A stretch of DNA of 39,340 nucleotides from an uncultured Nitrososphaerota archaeon (GCA_964636085.1 CAZWPQ010000019.1:1-39340); one strand, 5' to 3'; positions 24,055 through 34,742 are shown, counted from the first letter of the stretch. The notes: generated by a model from the letters alone, not told the origin. Translations and numbers: made by a program.

Positions 24055-24287
24055 TCCTTATCCCCCTCTATTACGGCGGCCATCTCCTTATATACGGCTA
24101 TCATCTCGTTAAATGTTTCTTCATCTATTTTTCCAATTATTGCCCCCGCATGTACAATTACAAGATCCCCTTCCCTAATATCTGGTGCCAAAAGTGCATC
24201 TACAATCCTAGTTACCCCACCAAAGTCCACTAGGGCCTCCATCTCTGATAATTTCTTCACCACCCTACCAGGTACACCAAGACACAA
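24051..24287 (-). CDS. hypC: Hydrogenase assembly chaperone HypC
   Basis: MCLGVPG...VDFGG...VIVHAG; TTG start with a GGTGA RBS. Confidence 0.97.
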   Translation of the reverse strand: MCLGVPGRVVKKLSEMEALVDFGGVTRIVDALLAPDIREGDLVIVHAGAIIGKIDEETFNEMIAVYKEMAAVIEGDKE

Positions 24288-24351
24288 AAAGTATCACCAA
24301 TAAGAAGTTGCTAATGGGGGCTAATAAATCTGGAATAAATATGATGAAAAA

Positions 24352-27300
24352 TTATTGATCCAGTATTCTTTCTACCCCTATCTCTATACTATATTTTTCG
24401 ATCCTCCACTTCTTCTTGTATCCTTTTGTCTCACCAAATATCATTTTCTTGGCCCTTGTCTCTCCCGCGATATAGTCTAGATGTGGCTTTATATAGGCTA
24501 AGAAGTCATCTGCAGCCGAAATATATACGTTTATGTATTCCTCTATGTGGAGATCCATCTCTTTCCTCATTTGCTGGATTCTACGCACGATGTCTCTAGC
24601 CAATCCCTCACCAATTAATTCTTCGTCAAGTGCTGTTTTTATCGCCACATAGCCATATTTGAATTCTGATCCCTCATATCCCTCCCCAAAGTGCACGATA
24701 ATCTCGATGTCTTCTGGATAGATGTCTATTTTTTGGCCATCGATCTCGATTGCATATCTTCCCTCTTTCTCTAGAGTGGCCTTCACAGATTCTCCATCTA
24801 TGCTTGCTAGTACATCAATTATCTTCTTGGCCAAAGACTTATACTTGGGCCCGATCTTATCTTTTTTAGGCTTAACTATATACATTCTTTCTATTTTTCC
24901 AATTCGGATATTCTTCGTGTTTGCAACACGTAGTAATAGATCCCTAAATGTCTCTACAGCATCCATCACTGTCCTGTCTTCACACTCAATTACTACTTCT
25001 CTTATAGGCCACCTAGCCTTTATCTTTGCCTTTGACCTAGCGGCGCCTACGGCACTAATAATTTCCTTCACTATATCCATCTTATGCTCCAAGTCTTCAT
25101 CAATATACTCTGTTTCGGGCCAATCTAAATAAAATACGCTTTCTGAGAGCTTGGGGTCGAGTTCTCTGAGGAGTCCCTGATATATTTTCTCACTAACAAA
25201 TGGGGCAAATAGCGCCATAACTGGTAAAATCTTCTTGAATACATTAAAAAGTGTGCAGTATGCAACAATCTTTACTGGATCTTCCTTCTCAATCCATAAC
25301 CTCCACCTAATTATTTTTCCATACCACCTACTGAGGTCCTCTACAATAAAATCTATCAATTCACGCCCAGCCTTGGCAAAGTGACATTGCTCAAGGTAAT
25401 TATCTATCTTCCTGACCACACTATTAACTCTAGATATTATCCATTTATCCTCAAGTAGGGAGTACTTCTCGAAGTAGTCTGGGCCATATTTAGATGGATC
25501 AAATTTATCGAGTTCCATATATGTTTTGGCCATTAGGTAGACATTCCACATAATGTTTAGTGCACTATATACCTCTTTTACATCATCCCAATTAAACCTA
25601 ATGTCTTCCCACGGGGATACAACAGTCACCAAGTAAAGTCTCAGTGTATCTGCACCATATTTCTCAATCACATCCTCGGGCATAACTATGTTGCCCAATG
25701 ATTTGGACATCTTCGATCCCGCAGCGTCTAGAACAAATCCATGCATTACAACTCTCTTATAGGGCACCCTCTCAAACATCACGACGCCTAAGACCTGTTG
25801 GGCATAAAACCATTTTAATACTTGATCTTGACCCTCTATTATTAGATCTGCTGGAAATAGCTTCTCCATTTCTTCTTTATTGTTTGGATATCCTAGGCTG
25901 GCCCATGAGCATATAGCCGAGTCAAACCATACATCCAGTACATCACGTATCCTTCGCATATCCCCCCCGCATTTTGGACACTTCAAAAAGATACTATCCA
26001 CGAAAGGCCTATGCAGATCTATCTTATCTGGAAGCTTTGTCTTAGACTTCCTTCTTAATTCATCTATTGTCCCAACTACCTCCATAGTACCACATTTATC
26101 GCAAACCCATATCGGTATTGGTGTGTTCCAGAATCTCTGCCTTGATATTACCCAATCACCAACATTTGCGACTCCATCATGATATCTCTTCCTCACCCAA
26201 GATGGTATCCATTCGACGTCTCTCTTATCGCAGTTAATTATGAGATCCTTTATTTTCGATACCGCTAAAAACCACTGTTTTGTCGCCCTGAATAATAGGG
26301 GCGACTTGCATCTCCAACATGTAGGATACCTATGTAGTATTTTTCCAGAATAGACCAAAAGCCCCTTATCTTTTAGCCTTTCGATAATTAGTTTATCGGC
26401 TTCTTTTACATATATGCCTTCCCATTCTCCCTCAGTAAATTTGCCATCCTCCCCCACAGGACAATATATCGGTAGGCCATACTCTTTGCCTATTTGCCAG
26501 TCTTCCTGCCCGTGTCCAGGAGCGATATGAACAAACCCAGTACCCTCGGTTGTCCTAACAAATGGTCCTAGGACAATAGTATGTGCATTTTTGTAATCTT
26601 TATCAAATTCTTTCTGCCTAGGATACTCATCAAGTAGTGGATGTACATATTTTATTCCCAATAACTCCTCGCCCTTTTTCCTATCTACAATCCTATAATC
26701 AGAAATCCCTATTTCCTTCATCACCTCTTCTATTCTCTCATCCATTATCCAGTAAAACTCACTCTTTCCGTCAGCATCGACCTCGACTTTAACGTATATA
26801 TACTCTGGATGAGCCAATACAGCCAAGTTTGCGGGGAGAGTCCAGGGGGTTGTTGTCCATATTAATATGTATGTGCTATCCTCCCCCACCACTCTAAACT
26901 TCACATATATTGATGGATCCTCTAGTTCTACATATTCAATTTCATGTTCAGCTAGAGCCGTTTCGCATCTCCTGCACCAGTGTACGACTCTAACATCTCG
27001 ATATATCAGATTTTTCTCCCATGCGACCTTAAATGTGTACCACTCGCTCTCCATATAATGGGGGTCTATTGTCCTATACGGATTAGACCAATCCATAAAT
27101 ACGCCTAGACGCTTGAATTGTCTCTCCATAATCTCCAAATTCTTTAATGCGAGACTTTTACACTCCTCAATAAACTTGTCAACACCATACTTCTCTATAT
27201 CCTTCTTCGTCCTAAAACCCAACTTTTTCTCCGTGAGAACCTCTATCGGAAGACCATGCATGTCCCACCCAGGCTGTGCACGTACGCTAAATCCCTTCAA

Positions 27301-27513
27301 AGTGAGATGCTTAATGGCTATATCCTTTAATACCTTATTCCATGCGGTTCCTAGATGTATGTAGCCACTGGTGTATGGGGGGCCGTCCAAGAAATAAAAT
27401 GGCTTCCCGCGTTTTTTCTTTAGAAACATTTTCTCGGGTACTTTGTTTTCCCTCCAAAATTCCAAGATTTCCTCCTCCAGCCATGGCCCGTATATTTTCT
27501 GTTTCTGATTCAT
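24352..27513 (-). CDS. ileS: Isoleucine--tRNA ligase (archaeal type)
   Basis: DGPPY, HLGT (HIGH variant), GWDMHGLP, WTTTPWTLP, GTGFVH, WVISRQR, EGQDQ, and KMSKS. Confidence 0.98.
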   Translation of the reverse strand: MNQKQKIYGPWLEEEILEFWRENKVPEKMFLKKKRGKPFYFLDGPPYTSGYIHLGTAWNKVLKDIAIKHLTLKGFSVRAQPGWDMHGLPIEVLTEKKLGFRTKKDIEKYGVDKFIEECKSLALKNLEIMERQFKRLGVFMDWSNPYRTIDPHYMESEWYTFKVAWEKNLIYRDVRVVHWCRRCETALAEHEIEYVELEDPSIYVKFRVVGEDSTYILIWTTTPWTLPANLAVLAHPEYIYVKVEVDADGKSEFYWIMDERIEEVMKEIGISDYRIVDRKKGEELLGIKYVHPLLDEYPRQKEFDKDYKNAHTIVLGPFVRTTEGTGFVHIAPGHGQEDWQIGKEYGLPIYCPVGEDGKFTEGEWEGIYVKEADKLIIERLKDKGLLVYSGKILHRYPTCWRCKSPLLFRATKQWFLAVSKIKDLIINCDKRDVEWIPSWVRKRYHDGVANVGDWVISRQRFWNTPIPIWVCDKCGTMEVVGTIDELRRKSKTKLPDKIDLHRPFVDSIFLKCPKCGGDMRRIRDVLDVWFDSAICSWASLGYPNNKEEMEKLFPADLIIEGQDQVLKWFYAQQVLGVVMFERVPYKRVVMHGFVLDAAGSKMSKSLGNIVMPEDVIEKYGADTLRLYLVTVVSPWEDIRFNWDDVKEVYSALNIMWNVYLMAKTYMELDKFDPSKYGPDYFEKYSLLEDKWIISRVNSVVRKIDNYLEQCHFAKAGRELIDFIVEDLSRWYGKIIRWRLWIEKEDPVKIVAYCTLFNVFKKILPVMALFAPFVSEKIYQGLLRELDPKLSESVFYLDWPETEYIDEDLEHKMDIVKEIISAVGAARSKAKIKARWPIREVVIECEDRTVMDAVETFRDLLLRVANTKNIRIGKIERMYIVKPKKDKIGPKYKSLAKKIIDVLASIDGESVKATLEKEGRYAIEIDGQKIDIYPEDIEIIVHFGEGYEGSEFKYGYVAIKTALDEELIGEGLARDIVRRIQQMRKEMDLHIEEYINVYISAADDFLAYIKPHLDYIAGETRAKKMIFGETKGYKKKWRIEKYSIEIGVERILDQ

Positions 27514-27718
27514 GCTCGTTCACCCCTAAAGGGTCGACCATATATGTTTCGCCAAATGAATTTATTAAAGTTTTTTTCAAAACTTTACATATAGCTAGCA
27601 TTGTAGGGATCTAGCTTTTCCATATAACCCATATCCCCATAGTAGAGGAGGATAGCTACGTAATTATTATCGAACCGAACACTATTATGCAACATAATAA
27701 GTTATTGTCCTTGGGGGT

Positions 27719-28636
27719 GTGGTTGCATTGGTTTATGATGGTGCTATTCTGGAACATGCGGAGAGGCTAGAAATCGAAGATCAGGCGTTAGCTGAGATAA
27801 GCAATAATATCGTTGATTTTTTGATAAAAAACAAACTCCACTCGATCTCCCGTAGAAAAGGAATCAGCTCTACTCTAGCTATGGTTAAGGATCTAGCATT
27901 CTATGCTCCCCGTATCTCTATGTTGACTGCACATACGAATTTTGCAGTATACCTCCTAGATAAACTTTTCGAAATAAATGACGTTGAATCTATCGTTTCG
28001 TTAGGTTTGTTGGAACCTACATCTAGGTCTGTATCGTTATCATTCAATATTGATGATCTGGGTGATTGTTTATCCCTAACTGGCACTAAAATGTTTGCTT
28101 ACCATGGGCTATCCGACTTAGCTATTATTATTGGACGCCGCAAAGAAAGATGCTACCTAGTATTGGTCAGGTTGGAAGATATACCAAAGCCGACGTATCA
28201 TCTTGCCCTAAAAAGATTGGGGCTAGGACTCTCAATTATAAACTTTAAAGAGTCTAGAATATTTGGAAACTACAGGGTTGTCGAAATCAGCTCTAGCGTT
28301 GTTGAATTGATAAGAGTATTCTTGGATCTACTAGAACACCACATTCGAGGAATTAAAGAGCGATTATTGGAGGAAACAAGGCTTTACTCAGAAGAGGATA
28401 GAGATGGAGATATAATATCTTCTAAAAATAAGCATATAGAACGCTACTTAACTGACAATCAATTCGATGCCACAGAGATCCTCAACATTATGTATAAAAC
28501 ATTAAACAATTTTGGAGTCCTCTCCATTGTCGAGGGAACCTTAGTGAACCATTTTTTGATGTGCCTTGTGGAGGGGCTGGCCTATTATTATGATGTCAAA
28601 AAAATGGCCTTGGATCTCTATAATCTATTCGCTTAG
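27719..28636 (+). CDS. Highly diverged acyl-CoA dehydrogenase-like protein
   Basis: Residual motifs LGLLEP, LTGTKMF, KRLGL...INF, and NNFGVLSI, in the order expected for ACADs. Confidence 0.5.
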   Translation: MVALVYDGAILEHAERLEIEDQALAEISNNIVDFLIKNKLHSISRRKGISSTLAMVKDLAFYAPRISMLTAHTNFAVYLLDKLFEINDVESIVSLGLLEPTSRSVSLSFNIDDLGDCLSLTGTKMFAYHGLSDLAIIIGRRKERCYLVLVRLEDIPKPTYHLALKRLGLGLSIINFKESRIFGNYRVVEISSSVVELIRVFLDLLEHHIRGIKERLLEETRLYSEEDRDGDIISSKNKHIERYLTDNQFDATEILNIMYKTLNNFGVLSIVEGTLVNHFLMCLVEGLAYYYDVKKMALDLYNLFA

Positions 28637-29266
28637 TGTAGATATTAATCTACTAACAAAATCCTTAAGGTTCCTAACAAATATTATGCCTTTTTCTGAA
28701 TCCATTCCATGGTAATTTATTCGTATTTTCAGCCTAGCTGTTTTGCCGAAGGGGAGGACTACTGGGGACAAATTTATCGTCACGAATTCATGGGGAGCTT
28801 GGGGTATACCATATGCATATGTCACTCCGAAAGGTCTAAAATCATTGATTTTTATTCCCTCTCTAATCCTAAACAATTTCGCCTTATCATGAAGGGAAAA
28901 AATCACCTCCTCCGCATTTTTAGTTAGAACTATAAGATCATATATACCCACTATTTCAGTCTGTATATACTCCACATAATCCATCATTGTCTCCTCATAG
29001 ATCTCATAGGCCAAATTTATCAGGTCGAGAACATAGGACATGTCCCTCGAATCAACAACAAATCCTTTGCGAGATACTATTATTAAATCCCTAAGATATT
29101 TAGGTTCTGTCATAACATACTCCTTTAATGGCCCCTCAGGCGTAGTAATTATCCTCTCATTAGGCTTAAATTTCCTTTCAATAAGTTTTGTCTTGAAAAG
29201 CTCAAAGTTCAATTCGGGGCCCATTCTGATTAGATTCTTATATACCAATCTAGCATTCTCTATCAT
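28625..29266 (-). CDS. Hypothetical protein
   Basis: 213-aa ORF translationally coupled to the GT4 gene; no motif recognised. Confidence 0.8.
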   Translation of the reverse strand: MIENARLVYKNLIRMGPELNFELFKTKLIERKFKPNERIITTPEGPLKEYVMTEPKYLRDLIIVSRKGFVVDSRDMSYVLDLINLAYEIYEETMMDYVEYIQTEIVGIYDLIVLTKNAEEVIFSLHDKAKLFRIREGIKINDFRPFGVTYAYGIPQAPHEFVTINLSPVVLPFGKTARLKIRINYHGMDSEKGIIFVRNLKDFVSRLISTLSE

Positions 29267-30405
29267 CTAAGCATCACCAATTCATATATCCTTAATATTT
29301 TGCTAAATAATCTGTCCCATGAAAATATTCTCGCAAAACGCCTTCCCCTCTCCCCCATCTCTCTACGCAGTTCTGGATTTCTTAATAATTTGAGTACTGC
29401 TGCGGCGAACTTTACTGTATCAAATCCTGTAATATATCCCAACTTATACTTCTCTATATATCTTCTTAGAGCCCCGCCAGAGGTAGCAACTACTGGCTTT
29501 CCCGACGCCATCCCCTCTAGCACGACGATCCCGAAGGATTCCCCTCCATATGATGGAAATATTAGAACATCACTAGCTGCAAAATACTTTCTTAATTTCT
29601 CTCTTGGAACAGGGCCGACAATTATAACGTTATTTTTTAGGCCCCACTTTTTTAAGAGATTATTTATGTGCCACATATAGGCCCTGTCGTATGGACCCAC
29701 AATATATAGCTTCACGTCGGGCTCGGCAAGAATTATTAGTCTGAACGCATAAAGTGCAAACTCGAGGCCTTTTTTTGGAGCAAGCCTTCCCACAAACAAT
29801 ACAGTCTTGTCATCATCGCTTAAGCCTACATCCCTCTTTGTTGCTTGTATCGTAAAGAGGCTATTTTCGACTGGTGGGGGAATTACAAATATCCTACCCC
29901 TTGGATAATACACCCTAATGTACTCGGCAGCAAGTGTTGAAACCGCAATAATGGCATCATATTTGCGGATATTATATATGTCCTGATATAATAGGAATAT
30001 TCTTGAGAAATAATTCCATAAAGCCTTAAATGATTCATACCCTATTGGTATGGAGTGATTTGTTAGAACTGAGGGAATCCCAAGCTTCTTAGCTACATGA
30101 CTAGATGCTAGGCCCATCGGAGAAAATGCGTGGTGGGCATGAATAATGTCTGGCCTTATTTTTCTAAAAACCTTTTTCAGTCTGTTCTTTAAGCCCGACA
30201 GCGCAAACAATCCAGCATATCTGGGATATCTTATACGGATAACCCTTATTCCATCAATGTATTCGATCTTTCCGTGCTCTCCCACACTTGTGATGACGGT
30301 TACCTCGAAGCCCTTTTTTATGCTCATCCTTGCTAACTCATACACATGTGTCTGAATTCCCCCATATTCTGGCAAGAAGAAGTCTGTAGTGTAGCATATA
30401 TGCAT
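29263..30405 (-). CDS. GT4 glycosyltransferase, PIG-A/GPI3-like
   Basis: DFFLPEYGGIQTHVYEL, IIHAHHAFSPM, TNHS, FVGRLAPKKG, and ESFGIVVLEGMASG. Confidence 0.92.
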   Translation of the reverse strand: MHICYTTDFFLPEYGGIQTHVYELARMSIKKGFEVTVITSVGEHGKIEYIDGIRVIRIRYPRYAGLFALSGLKNRLKKVFRKIRPDIIHAHHAFSPMGLASSHVAKKLGIPSVLTNHSIPIGYESFKALWNYFSRIFLLYQDIYNIRKYDAIIAVSTLAAEYIRVYYPRGRIFVIPPPVENSLFTIQATKRDVGLSDDDKTVLFVGRLAPKKGLEFALYAFRLIILAEPDVKLYIVGPYDRAYMWHINNLLKKWGLKNNVIIVGPVPREKLRKYFAASDVLIFPSYGGESFGIVVLEGMASGKPVVATSGGALRRYIEKYKLGYITGFDTVKFAAAVLKLLRNPELRREMGERGRRFARIFSWDRLFSKILRIYELVMLR

Positions 30406-31437
30406 CTATCGCCCCCAACTTTCCAACAATTCTTCTGTTACCTTTAAAAACATTACAAATCTTCCTATAGAACTTAGTTCCCTCAACATCATAGTTATGA
30501 ACTCTGCAAGCAATCCTCTTTGAATCCTGGCTCCAGCCGCAACTTTGTGCCCACCTCCTCCAAACATCTCCAGAATCTTTCTGGCATCAAAATTTGGGTC
30601 ACTGGATCTTATAGAAACCCTAAAAAATCTATTGCTCATATTGCTGGTCAAAGACGGACAGTATTTATCCTGACCCTCCATCGTATTTATCAAAACTATA
30701 ACTTTTCCACCTTCCTCAATGTATCTATGCATTATGTCACCCACACAAATCCTTGGAACACCAGACACCACCTGAAATATGAGATAGTAGATACCACACC
30801 TCTTTAATACGTAATCCGTAATCTCCTCAGCCATTCTCTTGCATATAGCAAATACCCCCCGTATTCTGTCTATCTCCTTCTGCAACCACTCATCCTTGTC
30901 AAAATTATCCGCATACATCGCGATGGCTGTAGCTATCTTATACATACTCTCTTTATCCCTAGAGTTACACTTAATAACCTTGTCGATAGTATATATTTTG
31001 TCATCAAACTGTCCTAGATCTGCTCTGTTTGCCATATCAACTATTTTCATTACATAGGGATCAGTATCAATCCCAAAATACTTGGCTACCAACATCGCCG
31101 CCGATGGAGCATTTGGATCTACCAAATCTTCTTTATTCAGCCTGCCCTCCGAGATTAGCTTCTCATAGTTCGTTTTGTGATGGTCTATATTAATGGCATT
31201 ACCTATCTTTGGCAAATCAACAACTAAATCATACGACGCATGGGGATTAAGAGCCTCAGAAACTGTGAGGAAATCTATCTTCAATGAGGGCTTCAAAAGC
31301 AATAGAATAGCTGCAGAAGCAATCCCATCTAAGTCGCTACCATGTACAGCTACTCTAGAAATTTTTTCTAGGATAGCTCTCACTTCGGGCCTTATCTCAA
31401 CTCTTAGTCTTGGAAAATTATCCATCTTAGACATCAA
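30406..31437 (-). CDS. DHH/DHHA1 family phosphoesterase
   Basis: HGSDLDG, VVD, IDHH, RVSIRS, and GGGHKVAAG. Confidence 0.9.
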   Translation of the reverse strand: MMSKMDNFPRLRVEIRPEVRAILEKISRVAVHGSDLDGIASAAILLLLKPSLKIDFLTVSEALNPHASYDLVVDLPKIGNAINIDHHKTNYEKLISEGRLNKEDLVDPNAPSAAMLVAKYFGIDTDPYVMKIVDMANRADLGQFDDKIYTIDKVIKCNSRDKESMYKIATAIAMYADNFDKDEWLQKEIDRIRGVFAICKRMAEEITDYVLKRCGIYYLIFQVVSGVPRICVGDIMHRYIEEGGKVIVLINTMEGQDKYCPSLTSNMSNRFFRVSIRSSDPNFDARKILEMFGGGGHKVAAGARIQRGLLAEFITMMLRELSSIGRFVMFLKVTEELLESWGR

Positions 31438-31449
31438 AAAAATGAAGTG

Positions 31450-32118
31450 TTAAAAATTATAGACCTCGCCAGGTTTGAGAACAACCAGTTGTGTGTCGAC
31501 CTTCATTTCCTTCAAATAGCTCTTCAACTCTTCCGGGGATCCAGATATTACTGGGAATGTTTGATAATGCATTGGTATAACCACATCGGGTTTAAGCATC
31601 TTTATTGCCCATGCAGCCTCGTAGGGGCCCATGGTAAAGTGGCCACCAATCGGTAGTAACGCTATGTTTATTTTATACATCTCTCCAAAGAGTTCCATCT
31701 CACTGAATATGCCTGTGTCGCCAGCATGATATATCGTTTTCTCTTTACCCCTAATGATAACACCAGTAGGGGCACCAAGAGTCGAAGAATGCGTTGCTTG
31801 AACCAGAATGAACAATATGTCGCCTGCCTTGATAGGCCCACCAATATTGGCCCCTATTGTTTTTGCTCCCTTCCTAGATAGGTCATTAGCCAGCTCAAAG
31901 GTTGCTATTATTGGTGCCCCAAATTTCTTGGATATGTCTACAGCCTCGCCAAGATGATCCCCATGATCATGCGTAACGACAATATAATCAACTTTCTTCA
32001 ACTCATCAATACTCTTGAGTGGGGATCTTGGGTTCGATATCCATGGGTCCACAAGAATTATTTTTCCATCTAGATCAATTTCAAATGCCGCATGACCGAG
32101 ATACTTTATATGGCCCAT
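31450..32118 (-). CDS. Metallo-beta-lactamase fold hydrolase (UPF0173-like)
   Basis: LGHA, VDPW, THDHGDH, ATHSS, YHAGDT, LPIGGHFTM, and IPMHY. The likely start is ATG 32118 rather than 32220. Confidence 0.92.
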   Translation of the reverse strand: MGHIKYLGHAAFEIDLDGKIILVDPWISNPRSPLKSIDELKKVDYIVVTHDHGDHLGEAVDISKKFGAPIIATFELANDLSRKGAKTIGANIGGPIKAGDILFILVQATHSSTLGAPTGVIIRGKEKTIYHAGDTGIFSEMELFGEMYKINIALLPIGGHFTMGPYEAAWAIKMLKPDVVIPMHYQTFPVISGSPEELKSYLKEMKVDTQLVVLKPGEVYNF

Positions 32119-32489
32119 GAGTCTCACCCAAGATTGCTGTGCTAAAATAAATACCATAAAAACCATAAAAACTATGATAGATATATAAAACACCAATGGA
32201 TACAATAATAGAAAATGCACGGGGACAATGAATTATTAATCTCCTTTTGTCGTCTCGGTTTTCTATTTGGGCAAGAAATGGTTCTAAGTGAGACACTACG
32301 GGCCATAACGCAGGATAGATATTTGGTGGTATTGGTTGAGCCCATGAGGCTCTCCACACTATTATTGGAAATAGTTATGTTAATATATGAGGATTATTGT
32401 ATTGCTTGATGTCTAGTAAGTGGCTGTGTTTTTTTGTAGCAGTGATATTGAAAACTCTTATTGGAGGGATATATCCCAAATTATGATCC

Positions 32490-33161
32490 ATGGTGTTTGG
32501 AATGGGGCTTAATAGTGTCTGGGCTAAGAATGTCTGGAACGCATTATATCGCTACTTTCATGATATTCTAGATAAATTTGTGGTTGATTTTGCGAAAAAT
32601 AATTTTGAGTTGCTTGTAGCCATAATTTTGAGCCAAAATACTACCGAGAGAAACGCCATAAGTGCTTTTATTAACCTTAAGGAAAAGGTTGGGTTAGATC
32701 CTAATGTTATCGCTGGTGCCCCCTTATCCGAGATTGAAAGAGCAATAAGGGTTGCTGGCCTATACAAACAAAAGGCTAGGACAATAAAAAGTCTCGCAAT
32801 GAATGTACTAAAGGGCCTGGACTTAGACAAACTATTGTGCCTAGATTTAGAGGTCGCCAGAAAAAAACTCCTTAGTATTAAGGGGATAGGGAAGAAAACA
32901 GTGGATGTATTTTTGGCGATACATGGCAAAAAAATAATGGGTCTAGATACTCACGCTATAAGGATAGCTAGGAGATGGGGAATAGCATATTCGAATTCGT
33001 ATGATGAAATCCAAAGAGCATATATCAGACTATTTGGCTTTCTAGACAACCTAGATAGGTTGCATAAGTTACTAATACTATTAGGAAAAAATATATGTAC
33101 CGCAAAGAAGCCAAGATGCGAGATATGTCCAATAGAACAATATTGTCCTAAGAAACTTTAA
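32490..33161 (+). CDS. nth: Endonuclease III (HhH-GPD glycosylase with 4Fe-4S cluster)
   Basis: LVAIILSQNT, HhH LLSIKGIGKKT, DTH, and CTAKKPRCEICPIEQYC. Confidence 0.9.
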   Translation: MVFGMGLNSVWAKNVWNALYRYFHDILDKFVVDFAKNNFELLVAIILSQNTTERNAISAFINLKEKVGLDPNVIAGAPLSEIERAIRVAGLYKQKARTIKSLAMNVLKGLDLDKLLCLDLEVARKKLLSIKGIGKKTVDVFLAIHGKKIMGLDTHAIRIARRWGIAYSNSYDEIQRAYIRLFGFLDNLDRLHKLLILLGKNICTAKKPRCEICPIEQYCPKKL

Positions 33162-33167
33162 ATATAT

Positions 33168-33938
33168 CTAGATGAGCCTATTAGAGAATGTTGCTAATGT
33201 CTTTAGGCTTGCTAGTGCGACAATTTTTTCGCCCCTAACTGCACGCTCTGACCCCCATGTATATGTCCAAGAGTCTTCCTTAAGTTCATCAGTAATTATG
33301 TGTACTATTGCCAATGAAACCTTTCTGTAATGGGCCACAGTCATGAGTGCTGTCGATTCCATATCAACTCCAATCACTTTCTGTTCTCTATATTTCCTAA
33401 TTTTGTCGATTGTCTCTCTAAAGACCGCGTCGATGCTCCATATGCCTCCCTCCACAACATTGATATCCTCTAAATCTGTTTCAAGTATCATGTCCCTGAG
33501 TTTATCGGCGAGTTTTTTGTCAGGTTTTGGTATGTAATCTGGTGGCATATAGTGATAGCTTGTGCCCTCCTCTCTTATGCCCCATGTTGGAATAAATATA
33601 TCTCCAATTCTTACATCTGGACGAATTGAGCCCGCAGCACCAATAACTATAATTTGTTTTGCTCCAGAGGCTATGAGTAACTCTAGTGCAAGAGTACTAG
33701 CTGGGGCTCCAATATTTAATGTGGCCACAAAAATTTTTCTTCCATGAAATTCGCCTAGGGTGGGATCATAGAGCGGAATTTTCATTGGAAATTGTTTATG
33801 GTTCTCCAAGTATGAGATTACTGTTTTTGTTGTCCTACTACCAAAGGTAAGAACACATTGGCTACATGGTAGCATAATCTCTTCCCGATAAGCAAAGTCT
33901 TGAGGATCAACTATGGATCTGCTATCCGAGTAAAACAT
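33168..33938 (-). CDS. Purine/uridine nucleoside phosphorylase family protein
   Basis: IGAP, GAAGS, IREEGTSYHY, DAVFRET, and GVDMES. The likely start is ATG 33938. Confidence 0.9.
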   Translation of the reverse strand: MFYSDSRSIVDPQDFAYREEIMLPCSQCVLTFGSRTTKTVISYLENHKQFPMKIPLYDPTLGEFHGRKIFVATLNIGAPASTLALELLIASGAKQIIVIGAAGSIRPDVRIGDIFIPTWGIREEGTSYHYMPPDYIPKPDKKLADKLRDMILETDLEDINVVEGGIWSIDAVFRETIDKIRKYREQKVIGVDMESTALMTVAHYRKVSLAIVHIITDELKEDSWTYTWGSERAVRGEKIVALASLKTLATFSNRLI

Positions 33939-34511
33939 AAGCCTACACCCCCATGACATGGCCTAAAAATCCCTCGCTAATTGTATTTTTACATAATCGT
34001 AAAAAATAATATTGTTACAATGTTAAAAAGGAAGAAAAATACTCTATGCTATGGAACAGCGTCCCTGATAATAAGGGAAATCAAACAAACTGCTCTATAT
34101 CGCTTCGCGATATGGATACACCCCGTAAAAAATATTGCGTGGGTTATGGCTAGTTGTGTGGGTTGTTATTTTGACTGCTTTCTTTCGCTCGATGCCGTCT
34201 CTGTTTCCTTGGTGAGCGCGACATTTATGCTCCAAAATTCACCTAGCAAATTGGGCTGAGGCCACTATCAACGCTTCTTCTATCACTTCTAATTTGGGTG
34301 TTTCTGATTGTTGTATGCAAGGCTTACGGCGATAGCCTTGATGGTGGAATTATCAAATCTAGCTTGGTCTGAATGGACGTATTTTTTAGGGGAATACCAA
34401 CAAAGATAGGCTCTATACCTATGGCCCTATTCCAGCTAAGGCCAGGTCAAGCAGCCCTGAAGAACAACCATCAAACAAACCTTATTCTTAAAACTTTTTT
34501 TTGAATGAATA

Positions 34512-34730
34512 ATGTTGGTGATATCCTTGGAGGTCTCTGTAAGCTACGACAAGAATAACGATATTCTATTCATTAGGTTCATAACCAATAAGAAACAGGC
34601 AGATATAGATGAGCCTGTAGAGGGCGTAATTGTTTATCTAGCCCAAGATGGTACTGTTCTTGGATTTGAAATATGGGACGCCAAGAAGAGAGGAATAATA
34701 GATGCATTAAAGGAGGCTATTTCCGAATAA
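34512..34730 (+). CDS. DUF2283-like putative antitoxin
   Basis: YDKNNDILFIRF...EGVIV...DGTVLGFEIWDAKK. Confidence 0.85.
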   Translation: MLVISLEVSVSYDKNNDILFIRFITNKKQADIDEPVEGVIVYLAQDGTVLGFEIWDAKKRGIIDALKEAISE

Positions 34731-34742
34731 GGGGGATACACT

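Noticed and set aside
32119-32409. N-terminal hydrophobic extension of the MBL hydrolase and short ORFs at 32081-32409
   Set aside because: The family begins at MGHIKYLGH, with a GGTGA RBS before ATG 32118. The other ORFs look like AT-rich intergenic noise.
33981-34470. 92-aa ORF and a CCAGGTC-AAGCAGCC stretch reminiscent of SRP RNA helix 8
   Set aside because: The ORF has no recognisable motif. The SRP-like match lacks the GNRA tetraloop and the GC-rich helices expected of SRP RNA.
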